The position numbers were made by a program, and so were the translations under genes. From Pseudomonadota bacterium (lineage in GTDB: Bacteria > Pseudomonadota > Gammaproteobacteria > Acidiferrobacterales > Acidiferrobacteraceae): DNA of 64,000 nt. The stretch spans positions 18,291-82,290 of the forward strand of contig JAJYDN010000007.1 in the NCBI GenBank assembly GCA_021777535.1, in the 5' to 3' direction. Below are positions 33,345 through 45,010 of this stretch, piece by piece; positions within the stretch are counted from its first letter, which is position 1, and every line of letters starts with the position of its first letter. The notes below the pieces were generated by a model that saw only the letters and a list, made by a program, of their open reading frames with translations, did not search any database and was not told the DNA's origin.

Positions 33345-36300
33345 TCAGCGTGTCGGCGCCTTGGCCATGTGCCGGCGCGTGAAGTTCGCATAGGCGAAGT
33401 AGCCGAGCGGGATCACAAAGAGCGTCAACACGGTGGATGCGAGCGTGCCGAAGATCAGCGATATCGCAAGTCCCCCGAAAACCGGGTCGACGATCATCAC
33501 GGCGGTGCCCAGCATGATGGCAAGCGCGGTCAGGATGATGGGCCGCAGCCGCACCGATCCCGCTTGAACCACTGCATCGACGAGCGTGTGACCGGCGCGC
33601 TCGTACTCCAGGATGAAGTCGATCAGCAGCAAAGAGTTGCGCACGACGACGCCGGCAAGCGCGATCACGCCGATCATCGACGTGGCCGTGAAGAACTGGT
33701 GCATGAGCGCATGTCCCGGCAAGACGCCCACGAGCGTGAGCGGGATTGCGACCATCACGATGAGCGGGATCATGAAGGACCGGTAGTATCCCACCAGAAT
33801 CATGTAGATCAGGATGATGGCCACGCCAAAGGCCGAACCGAGATCGCGGAACACATTCAGCGTAAGCCGCATGTCCCCGCTCCAGCGTATCCCGTAGTGC
33901 AGGCTGCTCGGATCCTGCATGAAGTCCTGGTGCAGATGGAGGCCGTCGACCGCGTGGTGCTTCAGATACTGCCACATGGCGATACCTGGATACACCGGGC
34001 TTCCCTGGCTCATGCCCGCCGTTACGTACACCACCTCGCGACCGTCTTTCTGATAAATGGGCCGCGGCGCCGGATGGCGCACGACCTTGGCGATCATCGA
34101 AAGCGGAATCTCCTTGCCCTCGGGATTGGTGAGGAAGATCTTGCCGAGATCCTGCGGTCCCATGCGGTCAGCGATCGGGAACCGGAAACGAATGGGTACG
34201 GGCTCTTTCGCGTGCGCGATATGAACCGTGCCGTCATCGATGCCCGCCAAAAATCCCTTCAGGGTCTGGGCGACCTGCGCGGGCGTGACACCGTCGAGGG
34301 CGGCCTCACGCCGGTTGACGGCGATCGTATATTGCCAGGAGCGGTGTGGCACCGAGCTGTCGACGCCCACCAGATGACGCGTGCGGGCAAAGAGACCATA
34401 GCGCAGCGCATTGCCGATCTTCTCGAGTTTCCTGTAGTGCGGCCCGAAGACTTCGGCCATGACGGTGGCTCGCACGGGCGGCCCCGGCGGGTGCTGCTCG
34501 ATCTTTACCATGGCGCCGTCGCGCAGGCCGATGGCGGTGATCGCCGGACGCAGGGCGCGCACGATGTCGATCGAGGAGATCGCCCGCTCGCTTTTGCGTA
34601 CAAGTTCCACCTGTACTTCGCCGACCGTCGGCCCCGTCTTCAGTGTTTGTCCGCGGAGCAGTCCGCTGAAGTTGATGGCGCCCACGCCGCCCGCCGCCAT
34701 CTGGTATGTGGTCACATAGGGGTTGCGCCGGACCACATCGCCGATTTCCTGGACCACACGGTTCGTATCCTCGAGCGTGCTGCCGGCCGGGGTGCGTATT
34801 GTGATATCGAAGCTGTTGTTGTTATTGCGGGGCAGCATCTTGAAGTTGACGACGCGCCAGGCCGGTAGCGCCATGACGCCGCCGAGCAGCAGGATGATCG
34901 TGACGAGAAAGCCCGTGCGGACCGCCCGGCGCGACAGCAAGGCGCGCATGGAGCGCTCATAGCCGCGCCTCAGTACACGTGTAGCCAGCGATTCCGGGCC
35001 GTGATGGCCCTTCAGCCACAGCCGCGCAGCCCAGGGCGCCACCGTATAGGCGACAAAGAGCGATGTGATCATCGCGATGGGCACGTTTTTCGGGATGGGG
35101 GCCATGTAGGGACCCATCATGCCCGTCACCGACAGCATCGGCAGAAAGGCGAGAATCACCGCAAGTGTGGCCAGATTCGTCGGTCGCCCGATCTCGTTGA
35201 CCGCGCTCACGGCTGCGCGGATACGGTCTGCGCCGCGCTCGGCATAGTGACGAAAGACGTTTTCCACGACCACGATCGAGTCGTCCACCAGCAGGCCAAG
35301 CGACAGGATCAGGGCAAAGAGCGTAATGCGATTGATCGTCTGCCCGGCGACATAGTCGACGGCAAGCGTGACGAGCAGGATGACCGGGATCGTGATGGTC
35401 ACGATGGCCGCCGCGCGCCAGCCGAGAAAGACCACGAGCAGGCCGACGACCGTCACGATGGCGATGAACAGATGATGGATGAGGAGATTGACGGCGCTGT
35501 TGGCGCGCGCGCCATCATCGCGTGTCACATCGACATGGACGCCGGGCGGAATGACGGTCCCTTCGAGCTCCTTCAGGCGGCTCAGAATGCCGTTGGCCAC
35601 CGTGACGGCATTGGTACCAGCCTTCTTCGCGAGGCATAGCGTTACCGCCGGCAGTTCCAGGTTGCGCGGGCGGGGCTTGCTGTAGGCGGGTCCGAAGCCG
35701 ATGAAATGGACGTTTTGGATCGTGCCGCCCCCATCGGTGACGGTCGCGACATCGTGGAGGTAAACGGGTTCGTGATTATAGAGGCTCACGACGATGGAGC
35801 CGACCTCGTGCGCCGACCGCAGCATCCCCCCGGCATGGATGGTGGCCTCGTGGTTGGCATTGATGAATTGGCCGGACGGAATGTCGATGTTGGTCGCGTG
35901 GACGATGCGCTGGATGTCGACCAGGGTCACGTTGTAGCGGCGCATGAGCGCCGGATGCAAGGTGATGTTGATCCGCCGCCGCTGTCCGCCGATCACATAG
36001 GAGCGCGACGTCCCGGGGGCGCGCCGCAGGTGGTGGAGGGCGTCGACGGCGATCGCGCGCAATGCCACCGGGTCGTAATGCGACGATGACAGGGTGATGG
36101 TAACGATCGGTACCTGATTGACGTCGAGGGGCTGGATGATCGGCCGCAAGGTCCCCGGGGGCATGCGGTTGTAGTTGCTCATGATCTTGTTATAAAGCCG
36201 CACGAGCGACGTGATGCGGTTTTGGCCCACATCGAAGCGCACGGTGACGATACCCTCGGAATCGAGCGCGATGCCGTAGGTGTGATGGACCCCGTGCATG

Positions 36301-36557
36301 CCGTGCAGGATCGCCTGCAGCGGATCGACAACCAGGTTTTTCACCTCGCGCGGCGTGGCCCCGGGTTTTGCCACGATGATGTTGGCGGCCGGCACGACGA
36401 TCTGCGGGTTTTCCGTGCGCGGCGTGAGATAGAGCGCAAGCAGGCCCGTCAGCAAGGCGGTGAGCAGGATCAGGATGGTGAGCTTGCTGTCGATGAAGTA
36501 ACGGGTAAGCCGCCCCGCGATATTCAGGTGCAAGCCGTTGTCGGGACGCTCGGTCAT
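33345..36557 (-). CDS. RND efflux transporter, inner-membrane permease (AcrB/HAE-type)
   Basis: 1070 aa with 12-TM RND architecture. TM4 proton-relay motif LGLLVDDSIVVVENVFRH. ATGA overlap with the upstream 127-aa gene. Confidence 0.9.
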   Translation of the reverse strand: MTERPDNGLHLNIAGRLTRYFIDSKLTILILLTALLTGLLALYLTPRTENPQIVVPAANIIVAKPGATPREVKNLVVDPLQAILHGMHGVHHTYGIALDSEGIVTVRFDVGQNRITSLVRLYNKIMSNYNRMPPGTLRPIIQPLDVNQVPIVTITLSSSHYDPVALRAIAVDALHHLRRAPGTSRSYVIGGQRRRINITLHPALMRRYNVTLVDIQRIVHATNIDIPSGQFINANHEATIHAGGMLRSAHEVGSIVVSLYNHEPVYLHDVATVTDGGGTIQNVHFIGFGPAYSKPRPRNLELPAVTLCLAKKAGTNAVTVANGILSRLKELEGTVIPPGVHVDVTRDDGARANSAVNLLIHHLFIAIVTVVGLLVVFLGWRAAAIVTITIPVILLVTLAVDYVAGQTINRITLFALILSLGLLVDDSIVVVENVFRHYAERGADRIRAAVSAVNEIGRPTNLATLAVILAFLPMLSVTGMMGPYMAPIPKNVPIAMITSLFVAYTVAPWAARLWLKGHHGPESLATRVLRRGYERSMRALLSRRAVRTGFLVTIILLLGGVMALPAWRVVNFKMLPRNNNNSFDITIRTPAGSTLEDTNRVVQEIGDVVRRNPYVTTYQMAAGGVGAINFSGLLRGQTLKTGPTVGEVQVELVRKSERAISSIDIVRALRPAITAIGLRDGAMVKIEQHPPGPPVRATVMAEVFGPHYRKLEKIGNALRYGLFARTRHLVGVDSSVPHRSWQYTIAVNRREAALDGVTPAQVAQTLKGFLAGIDDGTVHIAHAKEPVPIRFRFPIADRMGPQDLGKIFLTNPEGKEIPLSMIAKVVRHPAPRPIYQKDGREVVYVTAGMSQGSPVYPGIAMWQYLKHHAVDGLHLHQDFMQDPSSLHYGIRWSGDMRLTLNVFRDLGSAFGVAIILIYMILVGYYRSFMIPLIVMVAIPLTLVGVLPGHALMHQFFTATSMIGVIALAGVVVRNSLLLIDFILEYERAGHTLVDAVVQAGSVRLRPIILTALAIMLGTAVMIVDPVFGGLAISLIFGTLASTVLTLFVIPLGYFAYANFTRRHMAKAPTR

Positions 36558-36937
36558 GGGGAACCTTTCGTGCGGATGACATGAACGGGGCTGCCGTCGA
36601 ACACCCCCTGAAACGGGGGCAATACCAGCGTTTCGTTACCCTCCAGCCCACTTAGGATTTCGCTCGTCCCGTCGTGTGGCTTGCCGATCTTGATGAGCCG
36701 AAAGCGCGCACGGCCATGCGCGTCCAGCACGAACACCCCGGGCAGTCCCGCGTAATCGACGATACTGTCGGTCGGAATCACGATATTGCCGCGTGCCGTG
36801 CGGTCCGCAGCCGATAATGCGAGCACGGCGCGGTCGACGGTTGGCCGCAGTGGCTGGGGGCTTGCCGGCGGCGGCCTGTGGGTGCAGCCTGCGAGCGCCA
36901 GGCACAGTCCGGCGAGCCAGATACGGGAGCGCTTCAT
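36554..36937 (-). CDS. 127-aa lipoprotein resembling only the C-terminal (membrane-proximal) part of an RND membrane fusion protein
   Basis: Lipobox LALAGC. IPTDSIVDYAGLPGVFVLDAHGRARFRLIKIGKPHDGTSEILSGLEGNETLVL matches the usual MFP C-terminal pattern. No lipoyl or alpha-hairpin region. ATGA overlaps at both ends. Confidence 0.65.
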   Translation of the reverse strand: MKRSRIWLAGLCLALAGCTHRPPPASPQPLRPTVDRAVLALSAADRTARGNIVIPTDSIVDYAGLPGVFVLDAHGRARFRLIKIGKPHDGTSEILSGLEGNETLVLPPFQGVFDGSPVHVIRTKGSP

Positions 36938-38295
36938 GATGCCAGCCGGGGCAGTGTGCCGGGAGTGAGGCTGGCATCCGCCGCCGCCAGGGTGACGCGG
37001 TCGCTCATGAGCGCGTAGAGGGCGGCGAGCCGCTGTTCACGAGCGGCAGTGAGCCCCTGTTCGGCGTTCAGGAGATCGAGGAGGATCGTGCGTCCTTCGC
37101 CGTAGCGGATCCGGACCAGACGGACCGCCGCCTTTGCCTGTGCCACATTGGCAAGCCCTACCCGGTAGCGTTGGCGGGCGATCTGCATGTCTTCATAGGT
37201 GCGTGCAATCTCGAAGCGGATCTGGGTCTCCAGTTCGTCCCGCTGGGCACCGAGCGCCGCCGCCGCCTCTTCTTTGGCGGCCGCCTCGTCGCGGGCCTGC
37301 CCGCCGTCATAGAGAGGCGCGCTTATCATGCCGCCAACGGTCCACGCATTGTGACGCGGCAGCGGCGTCTCGCTATACCAGTCGGTCGATGCGGTGAGGG
37401 CGACCTTGATGCCCGATCGCGCACGCAGTGCCTGTGCCTGGGCGAGATCCGCGGCCTCCTCTGCCTTGAGGGCACGCAGGTCGGGCCGCTGCGCCAGCGC
37501 GCGCGCGATGAAGTCCTGCACCGTCTCCGCCCGCCGCGCAGGCGGTCTGAGCGCTAGTGCCGGAACGGATATCGGGAGTGTCGCGGGCGCGCCGAGCACG
37601 GCCGCGAGGTTGGCCTTCGCGGCATTGAGCGCCGCCTGTGTCTTCAGGGCCCCTTCGCGTGTCGCCTGCAGATAGACGGCGGCGGTCAGCGCGTCCGAAT
37701 GCACGATGCGCCCATGCCGGTACAAAGAAGCCGTCGTATCGGCGTGTTCCCTGGCGGCATGCACGGCCTGGCGGGCGATTTTCAGGGCCGCGCGGGCGGC
37801 CAGTACGCCCTCGTACGCGCGCACCGTAGCGGCGATGATGCGTTCGCGGGTCTCCTGGCGGCCGGCGTTTGCCGCAGCGCGCCCGAAGCGGCCGGCGCGG
37901 ATGCTTTCGCTGACGGCGCCGCCGCTGTAGATGGGTACGGCCAGCGACAGTCCGGCGGTGGCCAGCCGCGTGATGCCGGGATGATTGAGGTTGTCTGGCG
38001 TAAACGCGCTTGCCGTGACCTGCCGGCGCTCGAGTTCCGCCGTGAGCGCGACGAGCGGATTGTTGCTGAACAGGTAGTTGTAGCTTACAGAGAGCTGCGG
38101 CATGCGCTGTGCGCGGGCTGCACGCAGCCGCGCAGCGGCCATCAGGGCGCGTGCCCTCGCAAGCGCCGTGAGGCTGCTGTGGTGCAGCGCGTAGTGGACG
38201 GCCTGTTCGAGACTGAAAGTCCGGGCGCGCAAGGCGCCCGCGGGGAGAGCGATGAGCGCGCCTGCCACGAGGAGGCCTCGACTTGAACGCATCAC
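36934..38295 (-). CDS. Outer-membrane efflux factor (TolC/CzcC family)
   Basis: 453 aa. Signal peptide LLVAGALIALPAGALRA. Two repeats of the coiled-coil OEP pattern. First gene of the OMF-adaptor-RND operon. Confidence 0.85.
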   Translation of the reverse strand: MMRSSRGLLVAGALIALPAGALRARTFSLEQAVHYALHHSSLTALARARALMAAARLRAARAQRMPQLSVSYNYLFSNNPLVALTAELERRQVTASAFTPDNLNHPGITRLATAGLSLAVPIYSGGAVSESIRAGRFGRAAANAGRQETRERIIAATVRAYEGVLAARAALKIARQAVHAAREHADTTASLYRHGRIVHSDALTAAVYLQATREGALKTQAALNAAKANLAAVLGAPATLPISVPALALRPPARRAETVQDFIARALAQRPDLRALKAEEAADLAQAQALRARSGIKVALTASTDWYSETPLPRHNAWTVGGMISAPLYDGGQARDEAAAKEEAAAALGAQRDELETQIRFEIARTYEDMQIARQRYRVGLANVAQAKAAVRLVRIRYGEGRTILLDLLNAEQGLTAAREQRLAALYALMSDRVTLAAADASLTPGTLPRLAS

Positions 38296-38394
38296 CTGTC
38301 AGCTCTCCTTTTTTTATGCCACAGATGTCAGGTCACCAAACGGCCTGCAGACGCCCGGTGTCCCGTATCAGTTTAACGAAATTGTCGCGTGTGG

Positions 38395-38805
38395 CTAGAG
38401 GGGCGGCTTGACGACCGCCAAAATGACGATGGCGATCAGGAGGAAAACCGGGATTTCGTTGATGATCCGGTAGAAACGGCTGCTGCGCCGGATGCCTTGG
38501 GCGAGTTCGCGGCACAGGTGGCCAAGATAGACGTAGTAGAGGATCAGCAGGCCGACCAGCAGGATCTTCACGTGCAGCCACATGCCCCCAAAACCGTAAC
38601 CCCACCATAGCCACAACCCGAACCCGACTGCGAGTACGGCGCTTGGGGTGGTGAAACGGTACAGTCGCCGCTCCATGGTCACAAACCTGGCATGCCCGGC
38701 CGCGTCCGTGGTTTCGCTGTGATAGACAAAAAGGCGGGGAAGGTAAAAGAGCCCGGCAAACCACGTGACGACGAAGATGACATGAAAAGCGACGACCCAG
38801 AGCAC
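38395..38805 (-). CDS. hemJ: Protoporphyrinogen IX oxidase HemJ family membrane protein
   Basis: 136 aa with 4 TM. LWVVAFHVIFVVTWFAGLFYLPRLFVYH is the family hallmark. GTG start behind an AGGAGG SD. Confidence 0.7.
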   Translation of the reverse strand: MLWVVAFHVIFVVTWFAGLFYLPRLFVYHSETTDAAGHARFVTMERRLYRFTTPSAVLAVGFGLWLWWGYGFGGMWLHVKILLVGLLILYYVYLGHLCRELAQGIRRSSRFYRIINEIPVFLLIAIVILAVVKPPL

Positions 38806-38817
38806 ATGACCTCCTTT

Positions 38818-39972
38818 TTATCCTTCCGCCTGCGCATCCGGCACGAGCGGCGCCAGGATGGAATCGAGAAAACGCAAACCGTGCGGCGTCGCACGGACGC
38901 GGTTGCTGGCGAGGGATACCAGGCCGCCTTCGGCAGCGGTCCTTAACCGTTCTCTCAGCGATGCATACGATAATCCCGTACGGATACAAAAGTCCTCTGC
39001 TGCGAAGCCATCCGTAAGCCGCAGGCCATTCAGCAGGAATTCCCACAAAAGCTCGTCTCCATGGACGAACCGGCGGTGGACATCATGGTACGGATCACGC
39101 AGATAGGCTTGCACGTCGCGCGTGCGCGCCTCCCGCCACGTGCCCGCCGCGGCAGTCAGCTTGGCATGTGCTCCGCTGCCGATGCCGATGTAGTCGCCGA
39201 ATTGCCAGTAGTTCAGGTTGTGGCGGCAGCGAAAACCCTCTTTGGCATAGGCGGAGATCTCGTAGCGGCGCAGTCCGGCGCCCCCGGCCAGTTCCTGCAC
39301 GCAGGCCTCGATGCCGCCGCGCACGGATTCGGCGGGCAGCGGTGGCGGATCGTGCGCGAAGGCGGTGTGCGGCTCGATTGTGAGCTCATAAAGTGACAGA
39401 TGGGCAGGGCTTGCCGCGAGCGCCTCTTCCATGTCGCGGGCGGCTTCTTCCACCGTCTGGTCCGGCAACCCATACATGAGATCGATGTTGAACGAGCGGA
39501 AGCCCGCCGCCGCGGCGCGCGAAAGGGCGCGGTGCGCGTCGGCTCCCGTGTGGATGCGTCCGAGCCGTGCCAGGTGGCGGTCATTGAAGCTTTGCACGCC
39601 GATCGAGAGCCGGTTGATGCCCGCTTCCCGGAATGCCCGGAAGCGGCCGGCCTCGATTGCACCGGGGTTGGCTTCCAGCGTGATCTCACAGTCCGTGGCG
39701 AGCGTCCCGATGCGCAGGGCTGCCGCGAGGACGTCGGCGATGGCGCCTGCGGAAAAGAGGCTGGGCGTGCCGCCACCAAAAAAGACCGACGCGAGCGGCC
39801 GCCCGGCGAGGACGGGCGCCATGCCCTCAAGATCGCGCAGCAGTGCGCGCACATAGTCGCGTTCGGGCATCGCCGCGGCAGTGTGCGCAAGCGAATGGAA
39901 GTCGCAATAGGGGCACTTGTGCAGGCACCAGGGCAGGTGCACATAGAGGCTAAGCGGGATCGTGCCGGTCAC
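38818..39972 (-). CDS. hemW: Radical SAM heme chaperone HemW (HemN-like, YggW)
   Basis: LYVHLPWCLHKCPYCDF (CxxxCxxC). Follows rdgB, as in E. coli rdgB-yggW. Confidence 0.85.
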   Translation of the reverse strand: MTGTIPLSLYVHLPWCLHKCPYCDFHSLAHTAAAMPERDYVRALLRDLEGMAPVLAGRPLASVFFGGGTPSLFSAGAIADVLAAALRIGTLATDCEITLEANPGAIEAGRFRAFREAGINRLSIGVQSFNDRHLARLGRIHTGADAHRALSRAAAAGFRSFNIDLMYGLPDQTVEEAARDMEEALAASPAHLSLYELTIEPHTAFAHDPPPLPAESVRGGIEACVQELAGGAGLRRYEISAYAKEGFRCRHNLNYWQFGDYIGIGSGAHAKLTAAAGTWREARTRDVQAYLRDPYHDVHRRFVHGDELLWEFLLNGLRLTDGFAAEDFCIRTGLSYASLRERLRTAAEGGLVSLASNRVRATPHGLRFLDSILAPLVPDAQAEG

Positions 39973-40553
39973 GAATGTCCAAGCAGCCGCAAAAGTCCCC
40001 GCACGGCTTGTCCCCGGTGACTTACGGCCTCTTTTTCGGCAAGGTCCAGTTCAGCGGCGGACCGGCCGGCCCCGACACCAAAGAGCGGGTCATAACCAAA
40101 GCCCTGGTCGCCGCGCTCTGCCGTGAGGATCTCGCCTTCCCATACGCCTTCGCTGATGAGTGGCCGCGGGTCGTGCGCGTGGCGGATGAAAACCAGCAGG
40201 CAGTAAAAGCGCGCCTTGCGCGGCGCCGGCACGCCTTCGAGTGCGCGCAGGAGCGCTGCGCGGTTTTCGCGGTCGGTGGCCTGTGGTCCGGCAAACCGCG
40301 CGGAATGGACGCCAGGGGCGCCTTCGAGCGCGTCGACCAGCAGGCCCGAGTCGTCGGCCAGGGCCGGCAGGCCGCTCTCGAGCGCCGCGTGACGGGCCTT
40401 GATGAGCGCGTTCTCGATGAAGGTGCAGGCGGTTTCCGGCGCCGATTCGATGCCGAGCGTCGACTGCGCGATCAGCGTGGCATCGAGTGGCGCAAGTGCG
40501 GCCTGCAGTTCGCGCAGTTTGCCGGGATTGTGCGTGGCAAACACGAGTCTCAC
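39969..40553 (-). CDS. rdgB: dITP/XTP pyrophosphatase
   Basis: Motifs [18 protein letters not shown] and FGYDPLF. Confidence 0.9.
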   Translation of the reverse strand: MRLVFATHNPGKLRELQAALAPLDATLIAQSTLGIESAPETACTFIENALIKARHAALESGLPALADDSGLLVDALEGAPGVHSARFAGPQATDRENRAALLRALEGVPAPRKARFYCLLVFIRHAHDPRPLISEGVWEGEILTAERGDQGFGYDPLFGVGAGRSAAELDLAEKEAVSHRGQAVRGLLRLLGHS

Positions 40554-41272
40554 GGTTTTTCCGCCAGCGCCTGGCGCTGCGCGGCCATGAGCGTGTCGAT
40601 GCCGCCGCGGGCGAGTTCAAGCATGGCGAGCATCTGCTCGAAGCCGAAATGCCCGCGTTCGGCGGTGCCTTGCATCTCGATGAAGCCGCCGGCGTCATTC
40701 ATGACGACGTTCATGTCGGTGCCGGCGCTCGAGTCCTCGCTGTAGTCCAGATCCAGTACCGGTTCGCCATTGCAGATGCCGACGGAGACCGACGCGACCT
40801 GATGGCGCAGGGGATTCTCCTTCAAGAGCTTGTGTTGCAGGAGAAATCCGATGGCATCGGCCAGCGCGACGTAGCCGCCGGTGATGGAGGCCGTGCGCGT
40901 GCCGCCGTCGGCCTGCAGGACATCGCAGTCGATGGTGATCGTCCGTTCACCAAGCGCCCGCAAGTCGACCGCGGCGCGCAGCGAGCGGCCGATCAGGCGC
41001 TGGATTTCGACGGTACGGCCGTCTTGTTTGCCGCGCGCAGCCTCGCGTTGCGTGCGCTGTCCGGTGGCGCGAGGCAGCATTCCGTATTCGGCGGTTATCC
41101 ACCCTTGTCCGCGACCTTTGAGGAAAGGGGGTACTTTTTCGTCAATGCTGGCTGTGCACAGCACGCGCGTGTCCCCAAATTCCGTCAGGACGGACCCTTC
41201 GGCGTACCGCGTGAAGCGGCGGGTCAGATGGATGGGGCGTAAGGCATTGGCGGCGCGTCCGCTCGGTCGCAT
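40550..41272 (-). CDS. rph: Ribonuclease PH
   Basis: [14 protein letters not shown]..., [15 protein letters not shown]. Confidence 0.95.
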   Translation of the reverse strand: MRPSGRAANALRPIHLTRRFTRYAEGSVLTEFGDTRVLCTASIDEKVPPFLKGRGQGWITAEYGMLPRATGQRTQREAARGKQDGRTVEIQRLIGRSLRAAVDLRALGERTITIDCDVLQADGGTRTASITGGYVALADAIGFLLQHKLLKENPLRHQVASVSVGICNGEPVLDLDYSEDSSAGTDMNVVMNDAGGFIEMQGTAERGHFGFEQMLAMLELARGGIDTLMAAQRQALAEKP

Positions 41273-41331
41273 GGGGGTTCCTTGAAGCCGGTCATGAAAG
41301 GGTGTCTAGTGTAACAAGAAAGCCGCGCCCT

Positions 41332-42177
41332 TTAGATCTCCTGTTTGGTGCGCTGTGCCATGGCCAGTCTCTGCCCCTGTTCCCAGAATGCCTTGGCGGT
41401 GAGGCTGCGGCCTTGCGGGGCGCGGCCGGCTGCCACGCCTCTTGCGCCCTGCCAGCGCAGGGCGGCGGCCGTGACGTTGTCGGAATGGCCCTCGTGCCGG
41501 GCCTCGGCCGCTGCCAGTAGATCGGAAAGACCCCCATCCAGCATCGGTTGCCCGAGAAACCGCGGTATTTCGTCCCGGCCGAGCGTCTCCCAGGCCCCGT
41601 CGCTGCACAGGAGCAGTGTGTCGCCGGGTTGCAGGACGGTTTCGGCGCTCAGGGTCACGACCGGATCATGGCTGCCGAGGCAGCGCAGCAGACGGCTCTT
41701 GTCGGGATGCGCGCGGGCCTCGGTGTCGCTCAGGATGCCGCGTTCGCGCAGGAGGTCGACCTCGGTATCATCACGGGTCCTGTTCACCAGCTGGCTGTGC
41801 CGGTAATGATAGAGGCGGCTGTCACCGACGTGGGCCCAGTAGGCGCAGCCTTCCTGTACCAGACACACGACGCAGGTCGTGCGCGGCTTCATGGGCGGCT
41901 GCATGCGGGGCCCCATTTGCTTGATGGCGAAGTGCGCCTGAAAGATGGTCATCGCAAGGAAGTTGGAGGGATCGGTGATGATTGGCGTCTTGATCTGGCG
42001 AAATGCGCGAATCGCGCAACGGCACAGCATCTCGGCGGCGATCTCCCCGCCGCGGTAGCCTCCCAGGCCATCGCCAAGCACCATAAGCACCGCGTTTTGG
42101 CGTTCGGCGATGGCTACGCGATCCTGGTTGCTTTCGCGGTCTCCCTGGCGGGAGCCTTGTGCGCATACATAATCCAT
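41332..42177 (-). CDS. PP2C-family Ser/Thr protein phosphatase
   Basis: MDYVCAQGSRQGDRESNQD, VLGDGLGGYRGG, SDGAWE, HSDNVTAA. ATG 42175-42177 lies 11 nt after the kinase stop. Alternative start at 42213. Confidence 0.85.
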   Translation of the reverse strand: MDYVCAQGSRQGDRESNQDRVAIAERQNAVLMVLGDGLGGYRGGEIAAEMLCRCAIRAFRQIKTPIITDPSNFLAMTIFQAHFAIKQMGPRMQPPMKPRTTCVVCLVQEGCAYWAHVGDSRLYHYRHSQLVNRTRDDTEVDLLRERGILSDTEARAHPDKSRLLRCLGSHDPVVTLSAETVLQPGDTLLLCSDGAWETLGRDEIPRFLGQPMLDGGLSDLLAAAEARHEGHSDNVTAAALRWQGARGVAAGRAPQGRSLTAKAFWEQGQRLAMAQRTKQEI

Positions 42178-42188
42178 GGCGGCATCCC

Positions 42189-43133
42189 TTATAGACGTTT
42201 CAGCCGCCACCATGGCCAGCGGTCCAACCAGCGACCGATGAGGGGCGGCGGCTCAGCAGCCGGTTTTGGTGTCTCGTTCAGAAACGCGAGCAGCTGGCTC
42301 ACGTTTTGCGGGCGTTCGAGCTGGTTCATCTGCATGCACCAATCGATCGCCTCGAGGAGTTGCGATGAATAGCGGTGGCGATAGCGGTTCGGGATACCCC
42401 GGAACGTATCCTTGGTCGCCCGGGTGGTCGCCGGCGGCGGCGCGCGGCCGCTGATGCAGGCCCATATCGATGCGCCGATGGCATAGAGATCGGTCCAGGG
42501 GCCGACATGCCCCTTGGTGTGCTGTTCGATCGGCGCGAAACCCGCAGTCAGGGTCCGCAGGCCGGCCGGGCGTTCCTGGGCCTTCTGGGCGGCCCCGAAA
42601 TCGAGCAGTAACGGGTTGCCGCCGCTGCGCAGCAGAATGTTGGCCGGCTTGATATCGAGGTGGAGCAGGTCATGCTGGTGCAGCTCCTCGAGTCCCGCCA
42701 AAAGCGGCGGAAAGACCGTGCGCAGGAATTTTTCGCTAAGCCCCTGGGGATGGCGCTTGATGTACCAGCGCAGATCACGACCAAGCTCGTAGCGCATGAC
42801 CATGTAGACGGTATTGTGTGCGCGGAAGCAGTCCGTCACCTCGACGATGTTGGGATGATGCAGCTTCGACAGGGCGCTCGCTTCCTCGAAGAACCGCCTG
42901 ATACCGGACGCAAACAGGGGCGCCGTCTCGTCGGATAGCGGTTCGATACGGCCGGAGGCGGTACGGCGAGCCTGGGTTGGCGGCAGGTATTCCTTGATCG
43001 CCACCTGTCGTCCGTCGTTGAGCGCCGTAGCGAGGTATACCGAGCTAAAGCCCCCGTCACCAAGGGTCTTCTCGATCCGATAGCCCTGGACGATGGTTCC
43101 GGGCGCGAGGTAAGTGTTGGAACGTTTCCGCAT
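42189..43133 (-). CDS. Hanks-type Ser/Thr protein kinase (kinase domain only, 314 aa)
   Basis: Motifs GDGGFSSVYLA, VAIKEY, HLDIKPANILL, DFGAA and APIEQ. Trp/Arg-rich tail LIGRWLDRWPWWRLKRL. AGGTGG SD before ATG 43131-43133. Confidence 0.85.
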   Translation of the reverse strand: MRKRSNTYLAPGTIVQGYRIEKTLGDGGFSSVYLATALNDGRQVAIKEYLPPTQARRTASGRIEPLSDETAPLFASGIRRFFEEASALSKLHHPNIVEVTDCFRAHNTVYMVMRYELGRDLRWYIKRHPQGLSEKFLRTVFPPLLAGLEELHQHDLLHLDIKPANILLRSGGNPLLLDFGAAQKAQERPAGLRTLTAGFAPIEQHTKGHVGPWTDLYAIGASIWACISGRAPPPATTRATKDTFRGIPNRYRHRYSSQLLEAIDWCMQMNQLERPQNVSQLLAFLNETPKPAAEPPPLIGRWLDRWPWWRLKRL

Positions 43134-43208
43134 AAGTCCACCTAAAGATACCCCAAAAAGCCACCGGCTGCAGCGAGGCTTTGCCGTGGCCTGACCGGGC
43201 ACGGTAAT

Positions 43209-44685
<1,477 letters not shown>

Positions 44686-44728
44686 CCGTTGTCTGCTACA
44701 CTTTCTTATATTCTTTCGAGGATTCGTT

Positions 44729-45010
44729 ATGGCCCGCATCACCGTCGAGGACTGTCTGGAACACGTCGAGAACCGCTTCCAGCTCGTGTTGGTTGCTGCC
44801 CGGCGAGCGCGGCAGCTCGCGGCAGGTGCCGACCCCTTTTTGGATCGTGAGAACGACAAGCCGACTGTGCTGGCCTTGCGGGAGATTGCCGAAGGGTTCG
44901 TGACGAGCGCCATTCTCGACGATAATGCGGAAGCCGGGCCGGAGGCCGAACAGGATGGCAGCGAATCCGCCAGAACAGGCGACGACGCCGCAAGTCCTTC
45001 CCTCTTCTAA
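44729..45010 (+). CDS. rpoZ: DNA-directed RNA polymerase subunit omega
   Basis: [30 protein letters not shown]. Confidence 0.95.
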   Translation: MARITVEDCLEHVENRFQLVLVAARRARQLAAGADPFLDRENDKPTVLALREIAEGFVTSAILDDNAEAGPEAEQDGSESARTGDDAASPSLF

